Origin: a virus
Lineage: Duplodnaviria > Heunggongvirae > Uroviricota > Caudoviricetes
Virus record (IMG/VR): IMGVR_UViG_3300029288_000078
Span: 1 to 54,732 of that record
DNA length: 54,732 nt
Direction: 5' to 3' (one strand)
Shown here one piece after another: positions 47,078 through 54,732 of the stretch; within the stretch, counting starts at the first letter, position 1; each line of letters begins with the position of its first letter. The notes beneath the pieces are model-generated. The model was given only the letters and a program-made list of their open reading frames with translations, had not been told where the DNA came from and did no database searches. The translations under genes were made by a program, and so were the position numbers.

Positions 47078-47437
47078 ATGCAATCATTACCCCCATTAAT
47101 TGAAATATTGATAAACAACACAGAACGCATCATGGATCAAAATGAAAAGATCAATGAAAGGCTTAATCAAAATAATATTATTCTTGCTGATTTAACAAAA
47201 ACCGTTATATTGCATGAAAAACGATCGACAACCCTAGAAGAAACACAAAAAGATTGTCGAATCAAATGTGAGGCAGATATTAATGTAGCAACTGGCATGG
47301 CAACGGCGGCTCAGAAAACATATGATGATATAAAATATTTATTTAAAGTTTTGTTTTGGCTCATAGCGTCTATTGCTGGGGCTGTAGGTTTTGCAGCTGG
47401 TATTGCTCAGATTTGGGATGTTTGGCTACAACCTTAG
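47078..47437 (+). CDS. Coiled-coil protein with C-terminal TM helix (holin/XhlA-like)
   Basis: Heptad N-terminus and hydrophobic C-terminus. Confidence 0.5.
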   Translation: MQSLPPLIEILINNTERIMDQNEKINERLNQNNIILADLTKTVILHEKRSTTLEETQKDCRIKCEADINVATGMATAAQKTYDDIKYLFKVLFWLIASIAGAVGFAAGIAQIWDVWLQP

Positions 47438-47703
47438 TTTTTAAACCGTAATGCTAATGGAGATTTTTTAATAATTCTCCATTTTTTGGTTCTTTTTCCT
47501 TTTTCATCTAAACTCTCTGCATTAAATACATATTCTTTTTTACTATCGTTTTCCTTACACGTCACCCACTGATCATCATCGCTTGTGCCAATATATATCA
47601 AAACTTTTTCACACTTATCTTTTTTTAAATGCTCTATTAATATCGAATCTCCGGGTTCTATATCTTCAGTTATACACATCATTTCCCATTCAGTGTGACT
47701 CAT
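47434..47703 (-). CDS. Hypothetical protein
   Basis: 89 aa, ATGA-coupled to the helicase gene. Confidence 0.6.
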   Translation of the reverse strand: MSHTEWEMMCITEDIEPGDSILIEHLKKDKCEKVLIYIGTSDDDQWVTCKENDSKKEYVFNAESLDEKGKRTKKWRIIKKSPLALRFKN

Positions 47704-49112
47704 TTAATGATCTCCTTAACATTATCAACTATGGTTTTATAAATTTTACTTCTGCTTTTATAAGATTTTACATATGGTTCGTAACTATCAAATCCAACAT
47801 CTAAAACTATTGCGTCTTTCTTTCCTTTAGAAATACGCATAGCTCGTCCTAAAACCTGCCTAGTAGTAATTTCGCTGCTATTGTTACAAAGAGTGGCTAT
47901 GCAAGAAACGCGAGGCACATCTACTCCTTCGCCGAACAGTTTTACATTGCCCACAAGGAGATTAGTTTCGCCTTTTTTAAATTGAATAAACGGAACCCTA
48001 TAACCAGCGTGTGCAACTTCGAAATCTAATTTGCCAGTACAATAAATCTTAAATGCTTTACCTGCCTTTACTGTATTGAAAATTACCATCACAGTGCGGC
48101 CTACACTTAATGCTTTTTGAATTTGTTCTAATAAAAATTGCTGTACTTTAGGATGAGTTGCCAATATTCCGTAAGCAATCGCACCTATTTTACGAGAAGG
48201 GATAAATGGTAAATCTGTTATTTTTACCATAAATATTTTTGGCTCTGCTAACCAACCATTTTCGATACCCCATTTAGCAGAACGCTCAATGACCATAGGC
48301 CCACACCAAGCAAATATACCTAAATCAAGCCCATCCGTTCTATAAGGAGTAGCAGATAAACCGTAAACATGTGACGCTTTAAGTGCACTTGCTAAGAGAT
48401 TAAACCAAGTAATTGCGCTACAATGTTGCGATTCATCAACGATAACTACATCAAAAACATCAATATATTTATACGCAGATTGTACAGTAGTAACCAACAA
48501 ATCACAACCAAGCTTGTATTGATAATCGCCACCCGCTCCAGAAACATTTTCTATACCGAAGTGTTTTGCAGAGGCTATGGTTTGCGCTACTAAATCTATA
48601 GTAGGTACAATCATGCAAGTGCGTTTTTTTACTTTTATTGATTGAAGAACAATCGCTATTGCACATGCCGTTTTACCAAGGCCCGTTGCCAAACAAAACA
48701 AAACTCTCTTGTATTGCAAAAGAGCTTTAACATCTTCTCTTTGATAGTCTCGAAGCCACACTGGTAAATCATTTGTTGGGATTTCTGTATTTAACATGCC
48801 GTCTATTTCACTACACAGATACCAAAACCCAATAGGCACACTTAACGAGCCATCGGGCAGCTCAGCAAAATATTCTCGTATCAAGTCTTCCCTAAACTCT
48901 GCTAAATCTGCTATACGCTGTGTTTCTGCTTCCTCCGTCCACGTTCTTTGTTTTTCTAAACGCTGAATTTGATAAGAAGCAGTTTTGTTGTCAGCTGTTA
49001 AATACTTTTTGATCGCTTCTGTATGAGGACTGGTAATAATGATTTCAATGCCATTCTCTTGCACTACGCCAATCGTATCTGGAAACGCCGAAAAGTTTGT
49101 GATTTTTGACAC
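47700..49112 (-). CDS. Superfamily 2 DExH helicase (UvsW-like)
   Basis: LRDYQ, ATGLGKT, DESQH, SATPYR, GEGVDVP and QVLGRAMR. Confidence 0.9.
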   Translation of the reverse strand: MSKITNFSAFPDTIGVVQENGIEIIITSPHTEAIKKYLTADNKTASYQIQRLEKQRTWTEEAETQRIADLAEFREDLIREYFAELPDGSLSVPIGFWYLCSEIDGMLNTEIPTNDLPVWLRDYQREDVKALLQYKRVLFCLATGLGKTACAIAIVLQSIKVKKRTCMIVPTIDLVAQTIASAKHFGIENVSGAGGDYQYKLGCDLLVTTVQSAYKYIDVFDVVIVDESQHCSAITWFNLLASALKASHVYGLSATPYRTDGLDLGIFAWCGPMVIERSAKWGIENGWLAEPKIFMVKITDLPFIPSRKIGAIAYGILATHPKVQQFLLEQIQKALSVGRTVMVIFNTVKAGKAFKIYCTGKLDFEVAHAGYRVPFIQFKKGETNLLVGNVKLFGEGVDVPRVSCIATLCNNSSEITTRQVLGRAMRISKGKKDAIVLDVGFDSYEPYVKSYKSRSKIYKTIVDNVKEIIK

Positions 49113-49235
49113 TTATTTTTTCCTTTTATCTTTTTTTATTAAGAGAGATTTTACTGTGAATATGCGATAAAAAACAAGAGCGAGGAAAAAATAAATTGTT
49201 GAAATTTTTACGATTTACCATAATTTCGATGGTAT

Positions 49236-49264
49236 TTGGCTAAGCAGTCAAAATCTAGTATAAT
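49236..49264 (+). promoter_or_regulatory. Sigma70-like promoter
   Basis: TTGGCT-N17-TATAAT before the lipoprotein peptidase gene. Confidence 0.6.
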
Positions 49265-49312
49265 CAGAGAAGTGTTCTTTTTACTCTTACGTCCTTACAG
49301 GAGTGTCTAACG

Positions 49313-50080
49313 ATGAAAGTACTTGCAATTCTTGGTCTTTTGGTTTCTACCGTAGCTTGTGGCAGTGATTCTTATAATCAATTTGCCCCAGATAATGATT
49401 TGTATCTACAAGATTGTTTAAATTGCGAAAGTGCAGGAGGCGTTAATGAACAAGAATTTAAAGATATCATTAAAGCCGGCATGGATGTTTATACTCCTAT
49501 CGCAGAAGCTAATGATGAAACTTTAATAATTAATGGAAGATGGACAGATTCTACTGTAAATGCTAACTGTCAACGTTCTGGCGGTAAAGTAACTGTGAAT
49601 ATGTATGGTGGATTAGCAAGAAGACAAGAAATCAGTCCTGCTGGGTTCGCCATCGTACTTTGCCATGAAATCGACGGACATGCATATAGCGGCGCACCTT
49701 ATATTAGTCCTTTTAATAAAATGAGTGCCGAAGGTCAATCAGACTGGGCGGCTACAAAAGGTTGTTTTGAAAAAATACAAGCCCTTGTGCCAGAACTTCA
49801 AATACAACAAGAAACTTACGAAAGTTATATTCTTAATAAATGTACAGAGATTTTTGGAGAAAACAACATTCGTTGTTTAAACGGCCTTGAAGGAAGTCAA
49901 TCATTAGGTAATTTACTTGCAACACTCATGAAAGAGCCTTTACCTTCTTTCGAAACTCCAGATCCAACAGTAGTAACAGTAACTGAACTAAGTTATCCAG
50001 CCACCGTTCAATGCCGCCTTGACTCATATGCGGCAGGCGTTTTTAAAGATAAGCGCCCTGCTTGCTGGTATAAGAACTAA
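49313..50080 (+). CDS. Lipoprotein zinc metallopeptidase (M48-like)
   Basis: TVAC lipobox; NANC, MYGGLAR, CHEIDGH (HExxxH) and SAEGQSDW. Confidence 0.7.
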   Translation: MKVLAILGLLVSTVACGSDSYNQFAPDNDLYLQDCLNCESAGGVNEQEFKDIIKAGMDVYTPIAEANDETLIINGRWTDSTVNANCQRSGGKVTVNMYGGLARRQEISPAGFAIVLCHEIDGHAYSGAPYISPFNKMSAEGQSDWAATKGCFEKIQALVPELQIQQETYESYILNKCTEIFGENNIRCLNGLEGSQSLGNLLATLMKEPLPSFETPDPTVVTVTELSYPATVQCRLDSYAAGVFKDKRPACWYKN

Positions 50081-50817
50081 TAAGCTTCTATATAATCCAA
50101 ATAACCAATCCGATTGCTTCGAATTCTAGCAACAAAAGGCTTAGTAGCGATTATAATTGCAGAATCAAAAGGCACCTTCTTTGTTATGTATAAATGGCGC
50201 AAAGAAGCGTAATTCAAATTTAACTCTTTTGCCCATTCCATCATTGTTTGCGTTCTTCCTTCGTGCTCTACAATAACACACGTACTTCTATTGTTAGATT
50301 GAACAACAGGCAGTGCCCATCGACAGTTCTCAGGGTAATAAGATAATTCACCATTTATTCGATCTACCGTGTGATAATCAGAAGGAGGATGACCCATATC
50401 AGTTAAAAAAGCTCTGAACGATGTACGCCAGCGATCACAAACCGTTATCCCCTTGGCTCCATATAAGTAATACCGATTGTTCTCTGGAGAATAACATCGC
50501 AGCTTCATGGCCAACCAACACATGTGCGAATGCTTTTCTGTTTGGTCGTGTAGCTCTCGACCTTTTGATAAATTAATTTTCTTAAAATTCTCAGAGGCCA
50601 CTTCAGAAGAAAAACAACCACACGACTTAGATTTACCAACAAAAATATTATAAAACACCACATCTTTAATAGTCTGTAGAGAACATTCGCATTGAACTTT
50701 CGCATAATATTCGGGACGCCCTGTTTTTGATCGTTTCATGCCAGCATCAGCGATTATCGTCCATCTGCCAAATTTTCTTCCAATGTAATCTGCAATATTA
50801 TATTTAGCCACAACCAC
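50077..50817 (-). CDS. HNH homing-type endonuclease
   Basis: SKSCGC, YGAKGITVCDRW and TVDRINGELSYYPENCRWA; start may be GTG 50811. Confidence 0.85.
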   Translation of the reverse strand: MVVAKYNIADYIGRKFGRWTIIADAGMKRSKTGRPEYYAKVQCECSLQTIKDVVFYNIFVGKSKSCGCFSSEVASENFKKINLSKGRELHDQTEKHSHMCWLAMKLRCYSPENNRYYLYGAKGITVCDRWRTSFRAFLTDMGHPPSDYHTVDRINGELSYYPENCRWALPVVQSNNRSTCVIVEHEGRTQTMMEWAKELNLNYASLRHLYITKKVPFDSAIIIATKPFVARIRSNRIGYLDYIEAY

Positions 50818-50909
50818 CTCTTAATTTTTGTATTTCTTAAGAGGTATTGTTTCAGCGTTTTAAATAAAGAACAAGCTTGGCTAAATTAGTTAAAATGTCA
50901 AAAAAATGA

Positions 50910-51305
50910 CTACTCCACTTTAAGCCAGAACAGTGTAGGCTGTTCTAGCTTCTTTGCACACTCCGCTAAAAAGTCAATATAAGCTTGATCAATATGACTA
51001 TGAAATGTCCAAACATCATTTAAAGTTTCTAATTTCCTTGCCTTACGATAGCCACTACGTTCTTCTCCTTCTACATACCCCGCAGTTTCAAATTCGACAA
51101 TCAGCTTTCCCGAAACAGTAAGGTACATAGTATAGTCACCAGAGTAAGTACCAGTCTCCACGTCAACATCGTCATAGGAAAGCACTTTAAATCCGCGAAA
51201 ACACACAGGCGGCTTGTTTAGCGGATATATAACAAATTCTTTATCTTGTTCGAAAACAAAAACACCAATTTCAGTAAAATCAAGCAAAGGAAGCTTCTGA
51301 CTCAT
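50910..51305 (-). CDS. Hypothetical protein
   Basis: 131 aa, AAGGAG SD. Confidence 0.6.
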   Translation of the reverse strand: MSQKLPLLDFTEIGVFVFEQDKEFVIYPLNKPPVCFRGFKVLSYDDVDVETGTYSGDYTMYLTVSGKLIVEFETAGYVEGEERSGYRKARKLETLNDVWTFHSHIDQAYIDFLAECAKKLEQPTLFWLKVE

Positions 51306-51464
51306 ACGAGTCTCCTTAATATATAGTCACACCCAATCCAAAGATGTAACATTTTTAAAAACATTGTAGAAACGCCATGCTCCTACAAACACGAACAAAC
51401 CACTTGTCCGATAAAATGCTATTAAAATAAAAAAAGAGAAGAAGCAAGGAGGTGGCGTGTGTTT

Positions 51465-51749
51465 TTAAGTAACGGGAGTTGCTGATAGCTTGTGAATGCC
51501 TTTGAAATAGCATCCACCTTCGCAATTCTCGGAGTCGATCCTTAAAACATGTTCAGCGTGGATTTGCGAACTGTTTGCTGTGTGAGAATTGTGTAGTATG
51601 ACTTTACCTTTGCACAAATAACATCTCACGCTTAATTGTCGTTGTAATGCATCTTTAGCTGAAGTTCTCATCCATTTTATTTCTTTGCCAGCAGGTGTAA
51701 TAAACGTTCTTTTAGCGTCTACTTCAATCATTAATGATGGTTTTCCCAT
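51465..51749 (-). CDS. Hypothetical Cys/His protein
   Basis: CYLC...H...HAEH...C; GGGGAG SD. Confidence 0.55.
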   Translation of the reverse strand: MGKPSLMIEVDAKRTFITPAGKEIKWMRTSAKDALQRQLSVRCYLCKGKVILHNSHTANSSQIHAEHVLRIDSENCEGGCYFKGIHKLSATPVT

Positions 51750-51759
51750 AATCTCCCCT

Positions 51760-52281
51760 TTATTTAGTAACTGTTTCGCTTGGAATTGTTTGCAAGATAA
51801 AGGCTACGTCATCTGGTGAGAAAAATTTGCTAAACAAATATTCACGATGTTCTCTGAGCTTTACCTTAGCTTCAGCGTCACATACTATTTTATTACCAGT
51901 TAGGTGTTTTGGTAATTGTTTTAACAGTTCGTTATATGTGCCCCAATATCCCTTTTTGAGTACTCCATTGTTGTCTGTACTTAAACAAGAATAAGAAGGT
52001 TCTTTTTCAATTGTGTTTAGCCAATGTGCATAGGTGAGAACGTCGGATCTTGCGTCTCTATCTGCTACATTAAAAGGCTGTTCTCCTATTTTCCCCCAAG
52101 GATAAAACAGAGATAATGGATTGGCGATGAGTTGATTTTTCCAATCAGGAAGTTGCGAAAAATTATATATTTTACTGGCAACAATTTGATTAAACATGGA
52201 TGCTAAAACATACAGATTAGATGCGGCATGTGTTTTGTGAAGAGCTGAAACACCAAGAGCAATACAAGGCAAGGTAGACAT
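51760..52281 (-). CDS. Hypothetical protein
   Basis: 173 aa, AAGGA SD. Confidence 0.55.
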   Translation of the reverse strand: MSTLPCIALGVSALHKTHAASNLYVLASMFNQIVASKIYNFSQLPDWKNQLIANPLSLFYPWGKIGEQPFNVADRDARSDVLTYAHWLNTIEKEPSYSCLSTDNNGVLKKGYWGTYNELLKQLPKHLTGNKIVCDAEAKVKLREHREYLFSKFFSPDDVAFILQTIPSETVTK

Positions 52282-52389
52282 AAAATTCCTTTTCTGGCTT
52301 AGCCTAGAAATGATTTAACAAGATACTTCGCTAACCAATATTGGTTGCGCTTCTTGCAAAACATAAAAAAGGAAAAGTGTCAAGAAAAT

Positions 52390-52626
52390 TTATAGTGGAG
52401 CTGGTTTTTCGGCAATTGGGCATTGAGTTTCGTTTAGAATAACTATCATTGGCACGATAATAGTTTGAAAAAATATAATACCTACAGCGGCGTTTACTGC
52501 ATTAATTTTATAGACTAGTTTTGGATTTTTCAATTCGTCATCAAACGCGCCAATGCAATCTCCGTATTGAGTTTTGCTCGTGCAGCTTACAAATAATATG
52601 CTTAACAGTAATAAAATAATTTTCAT
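52390..52626 (-). CDS. Small phage lipoprotein
   Basis: MKIILLLLSILFVSC lipobox; YGDCIG; second hydrophobic segment. Confidence 0.7.
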   Translation of the reverse strand: MKIILLLLSILFVSCTSKTQYGDCIGAFDDELKNPKLVYKINAVNAAVGIIFFQTIIVPMIVILNETQCPIAEKPAPL

Positions 52627-52645
52627 AAAACCTCCATATGTACGA

Positions 52646-53074
52646 TTAAATCACAAACAGAACAGGCTGTCCATCCTCGTTTTGTACGAATCCACAACCC
52701 AAATAAAAATTCGCTACGGGTAAATCTTTAACGTATTCATCTTGTGCGATAGTAGAGTGATTTTCTATTTTTCTGTTTAAGCCAGCTACACAAATTGGCT
52801 TGGCGTGTAATAGTTCCATTTCTTCTTCTAGCCCAGTTGAGTTGCCTAATGCAGCATAATCTTCTTTTGCTATTTGTTCACTTGCTGTAATTGCGTCATA
52901 GGATGGGTTTAAATCAGTGAAATAGAGCATTCCAAGATTGCTTAGTCTTTTTGATACAAAGTTCCATTCTTCAAGATCATCACACATATTACTAAGCTCG
53001 AAAACGTCAATTTGTTGGTTTGCTATGTGTTCGATGATTTGTTTAAGTTTGTTCCAATGTTTTTCTGTGTACAT
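52646..53074 (-). CDS. Hypothetical protein
   Basis: 142 aa, coupled to the Mu-F-like gene. Confidence 0.55.
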   Translation of the reverse strand: MYTEKHWNKLKQIIEHIANQQIDVFELSNMCDDLEEWNFVSKRLSNLGMLYFTDLNPSYDAITASEQIAKEDYAALGNSTGLEEEMELLHAKPICVAGLNRKIENHSTIAQDEYVKDLPVANFYLGCGFVQNEDGQPVLFVI

Positions 53075-54249
53075 TAATTAGCAGCCGCAGTTCTTTCAAT
53101 GGTTAATTTTTGATCGGGCTTTAATATCACGAGGTTGCCTTCATTGTCAACAGTGAAGCCTTTAGGAATATGAATAAGTGTACATCTACAATTAGGATGA
53201 CTCTGAGCGGGCGTTAAATACCAATCCTTACGTTTTTTGCTTATATTATATCCAACGGGTTTAATGTCTTTAAATCGATAAAGTTTAAGCGTACCATCAG
53301 GATGTCTGCTCCAATCCGAACATGTATCGCAGCAACGGGTGTCGCGAACGCTAACGCTTGCCACTAGCAGTTCATCTTCATCTCCTGCAAAAATCTCCAT
53401 AATAGCTGCGTGAGTACCGGCACCGCTTGCCATTCCAACTTCTGTATTTACTAGTCGATCCCAATCTGTACTGTATTGCAGAGTAGTATCTTTCAGATGT
53501 TGTTTCATTTGAATTAAAGACATTTTTCGTTCCATAACATCTTTAACAGATTCTTTGATTAATGCTTGTTTGGCTTCAACGGTTTTAATTTGCGAAACGG
53601 TTAAATCTCGTGCCTCTAAAAGGTCGTGATAGTTTTCGTGAATATTGCTGATATTGGTATTATTGAATTCAGCAATTTGATCTTGAATGGCTTGTAATAA
53701 TTTATTTCGATAATCCAAAACGTATTTATCACACCAATTGCCAGAGTGTTCATTAACAAAATCTAGGGCAAACTTTAAAGTATTATTGTTAATCTTAGGT
53801 GCAGTAAGTCCTTTAAGATCTTCGTAATATTGTCGTTGGGTGTCTACTGAATTTAAAAAAGTGCCAAACACTATGCCTGCTGGGATTCTGTTTTTTAATC
53901 CAAGGGCTTCTACTATTTTTTCTACATCTTTACCAGCGCCTTTACCCATGAGTATCCATTTAATAGCGGCGAGATATTTATCGATGATTCCTTTAGTGAA
54001 AGATAAATCTAATTCAACTCTAGGTATTTCGCCGGTAAATCCTCGTTTGCTGCTGGAGCCGATTAAATTCATAACATCTTTGGGATCGGTTTTGGCAAGC
54101 TTTTCTTGTTTCATTTGTTTAAAAATAGCTTCGAGCATTAAATCATTTATAACTTCGAAGCCTTCATTTGCCATGGCTATAATTTGATCTAAAAACTTAT
54201 CTTGTTTTTGGCAAGGCAGGTTATTCTTCAGTATCTTTTTTAATGACAT
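53074..54249 (-). CDS. Mu gpF-like minor head morphogenesis protein
   Basis: RLVNTE, DTRCCDTC and HPNCRC. Confidence 0.8.
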   Translation of the reverse strand: MSLKKILKNNLPCQKQDKFLDQIIAMANEGFEVINDLMLEAIFKQMKQEKLAKTDPKDVMNLIGSSSKRGFTGEIPRVELDLSFTKGIIDKYLAAIKWILMGKGAGKDVEKIVEALGLKNRIPAGIVFGTFLNSVDTQRQYYEDLKGLTAPKINNNTLKFALDFVNEHSGNWCDKYVLDYRNKLLQAIQDQIAEFNNTNISNIHENYHDLLEARDLTVSQIKTVEAKQALIKESVKDVMERKMSLIQMKQHLKDTTLQYSTDWDRLVNTEVGMASGAGTHAAIMEIFAGDEDELLVASVSVRDTRCCDTCSDWSRHPDGTLKLYRFKDIKPVGYNISKKRKDWYLTPAQSHPNCRCTLIHIPKGFTVDNEGNLVILKPDQKLTIERTAAAN

Positions 54250-54718
54250 CTTCCACTCCTACCTCAATATCACTACTACAAAAATGTTTTCCTAGTTCTT
54301 CTACTATTTCCATGGAGAAAGAGCCGATTGCATAAATTGTATCGTCTGTATTGCCTTGATTCATATCTGCAATACATTCTTTCATTTCTTGTATTTCTTC
54401 GCCGTTCTTAATTAGTTCAAGTTTTTCTGTACCGCTTTTTTCTGCTTTTTCAACTTGTGCTGGGGTAAGAGCAAGAAACTGAGAAATTTCTTTAGTTGAA
54501 TGGGAGCTGAAATCTTTTTGTCCAGCGTAGTTAAACCAGCAATAATTACTTAAGGCGTCATTTACGTACCAAGGGCAGCCAGGCAGATCAGCACTTTCAC
54601 GTTTGCCGCATTGGACAAACTCTATTCTAAGTAAAGCTGAAGGGCATGGCTTGTTGGGTAGGTTTTTTAGCTTTCTAGTACATAGCCTAGAGAAGCGGCT
54701 GGTTTTGGTGAACGCCAC
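54221..54718 (-). CDS. Cys-rich protein with a sigma region-4-like HTH
   Basis: STKEISQFLALTPAQVEKAEKSGTEKL resembles sigma70 region 4; CPW...YCWF N-terminus. Confidence 0.5.
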   Translation of the reverse strand: MAFTKTSRFSRLCTRKLKNLPNKPCPSALLRIEFVQCGKRESADLPGCPWYVNDALSNYCWFNYAGQKDFSSHSTKEISQFLALTPAQVEKAEKSGTEKLELIKNGEEIQEMKECIADMNQGNTDDTIYAIGSFSMEIVEELGKHFCSSDIEVGVEDVIKKDTEE

Positions 54719-54732
54719 TGTTGTTTTCCTTA

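Noticed and set aside
51306-51464. tRNA or structured ncRNA in the larger intergenic gaps (also 49113-49312)
   Set aside because: No cloverleaf, T-loop or convincing long stems seen by eye; a covariance-model search would be needed.
3261-54187. Short alternative-frame and antisense ORFs in the track (e.g. 3261-3452, 11699-12004, 25150-25566, 31743-32114, 44333-44710, 53840-54187)
   Set aside because: They are nested in well-supported genes and show no recognisable motifs; treated as shadow ORFs.
1-54732. Stop-codon reassignment, as in some large phages
   Set aside because: Conserved genes are full length in code 11, and TAA, TAG and TGA all end tightly packed genes.

Overview
AT-rich 54.7 kb segment of a large dsDNA tailed phage genome in the standard genetic code. 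No tRNA, rRNA, CRISPR array or integrase was seen. The left part (1-33.6 kb, mostly + strand) is a replication, recombination and DNA-modification block: GroEL-like chaperonin, DnaB-like helicase, SbcD/SbcC, an N4/N6 DNA methyltransferase, an intein-containing DnaE split over two ORFs, an HNH nuclease, a putative SSB, RecA, primase, ThyX, and a CmoA-like enzyme coupled to two C5-cytosine methyltransferases. The right part (33.6-54.7 kb, mostly - strand) carries head-associated and tail-like proteins, a prohead protease, a Mu-F-like head protein, an SF2 helicase, HNH endonucleases and several exported or lipoprotein enzymes. The main candidates for new biology are: (1) six small, mostly unrelated proteins sharing the N-terminal tag M(S)K(K/I)RxGFVSNSSSSSF, three of them translationally coupled to a radical SAM/SPASM-like enzyme; (2) a CmoA-like plus double-Dcm cassette with altered motif X, suggesting carboxymethyl-cytosine DNA modification; (3) putative anti-defence enzymes (SAM lyase-like, 2H phosphoesterase) bracketed by repeated [LMIV]xK[SATG] motifs, suggesting protease-processed capsid cargo; (4) a recurrent promoter design in which an inverted repeat runs from the -10 box to the ribosome-binding site. 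All functional calls come from recognising motifs by eye; no database search was run.
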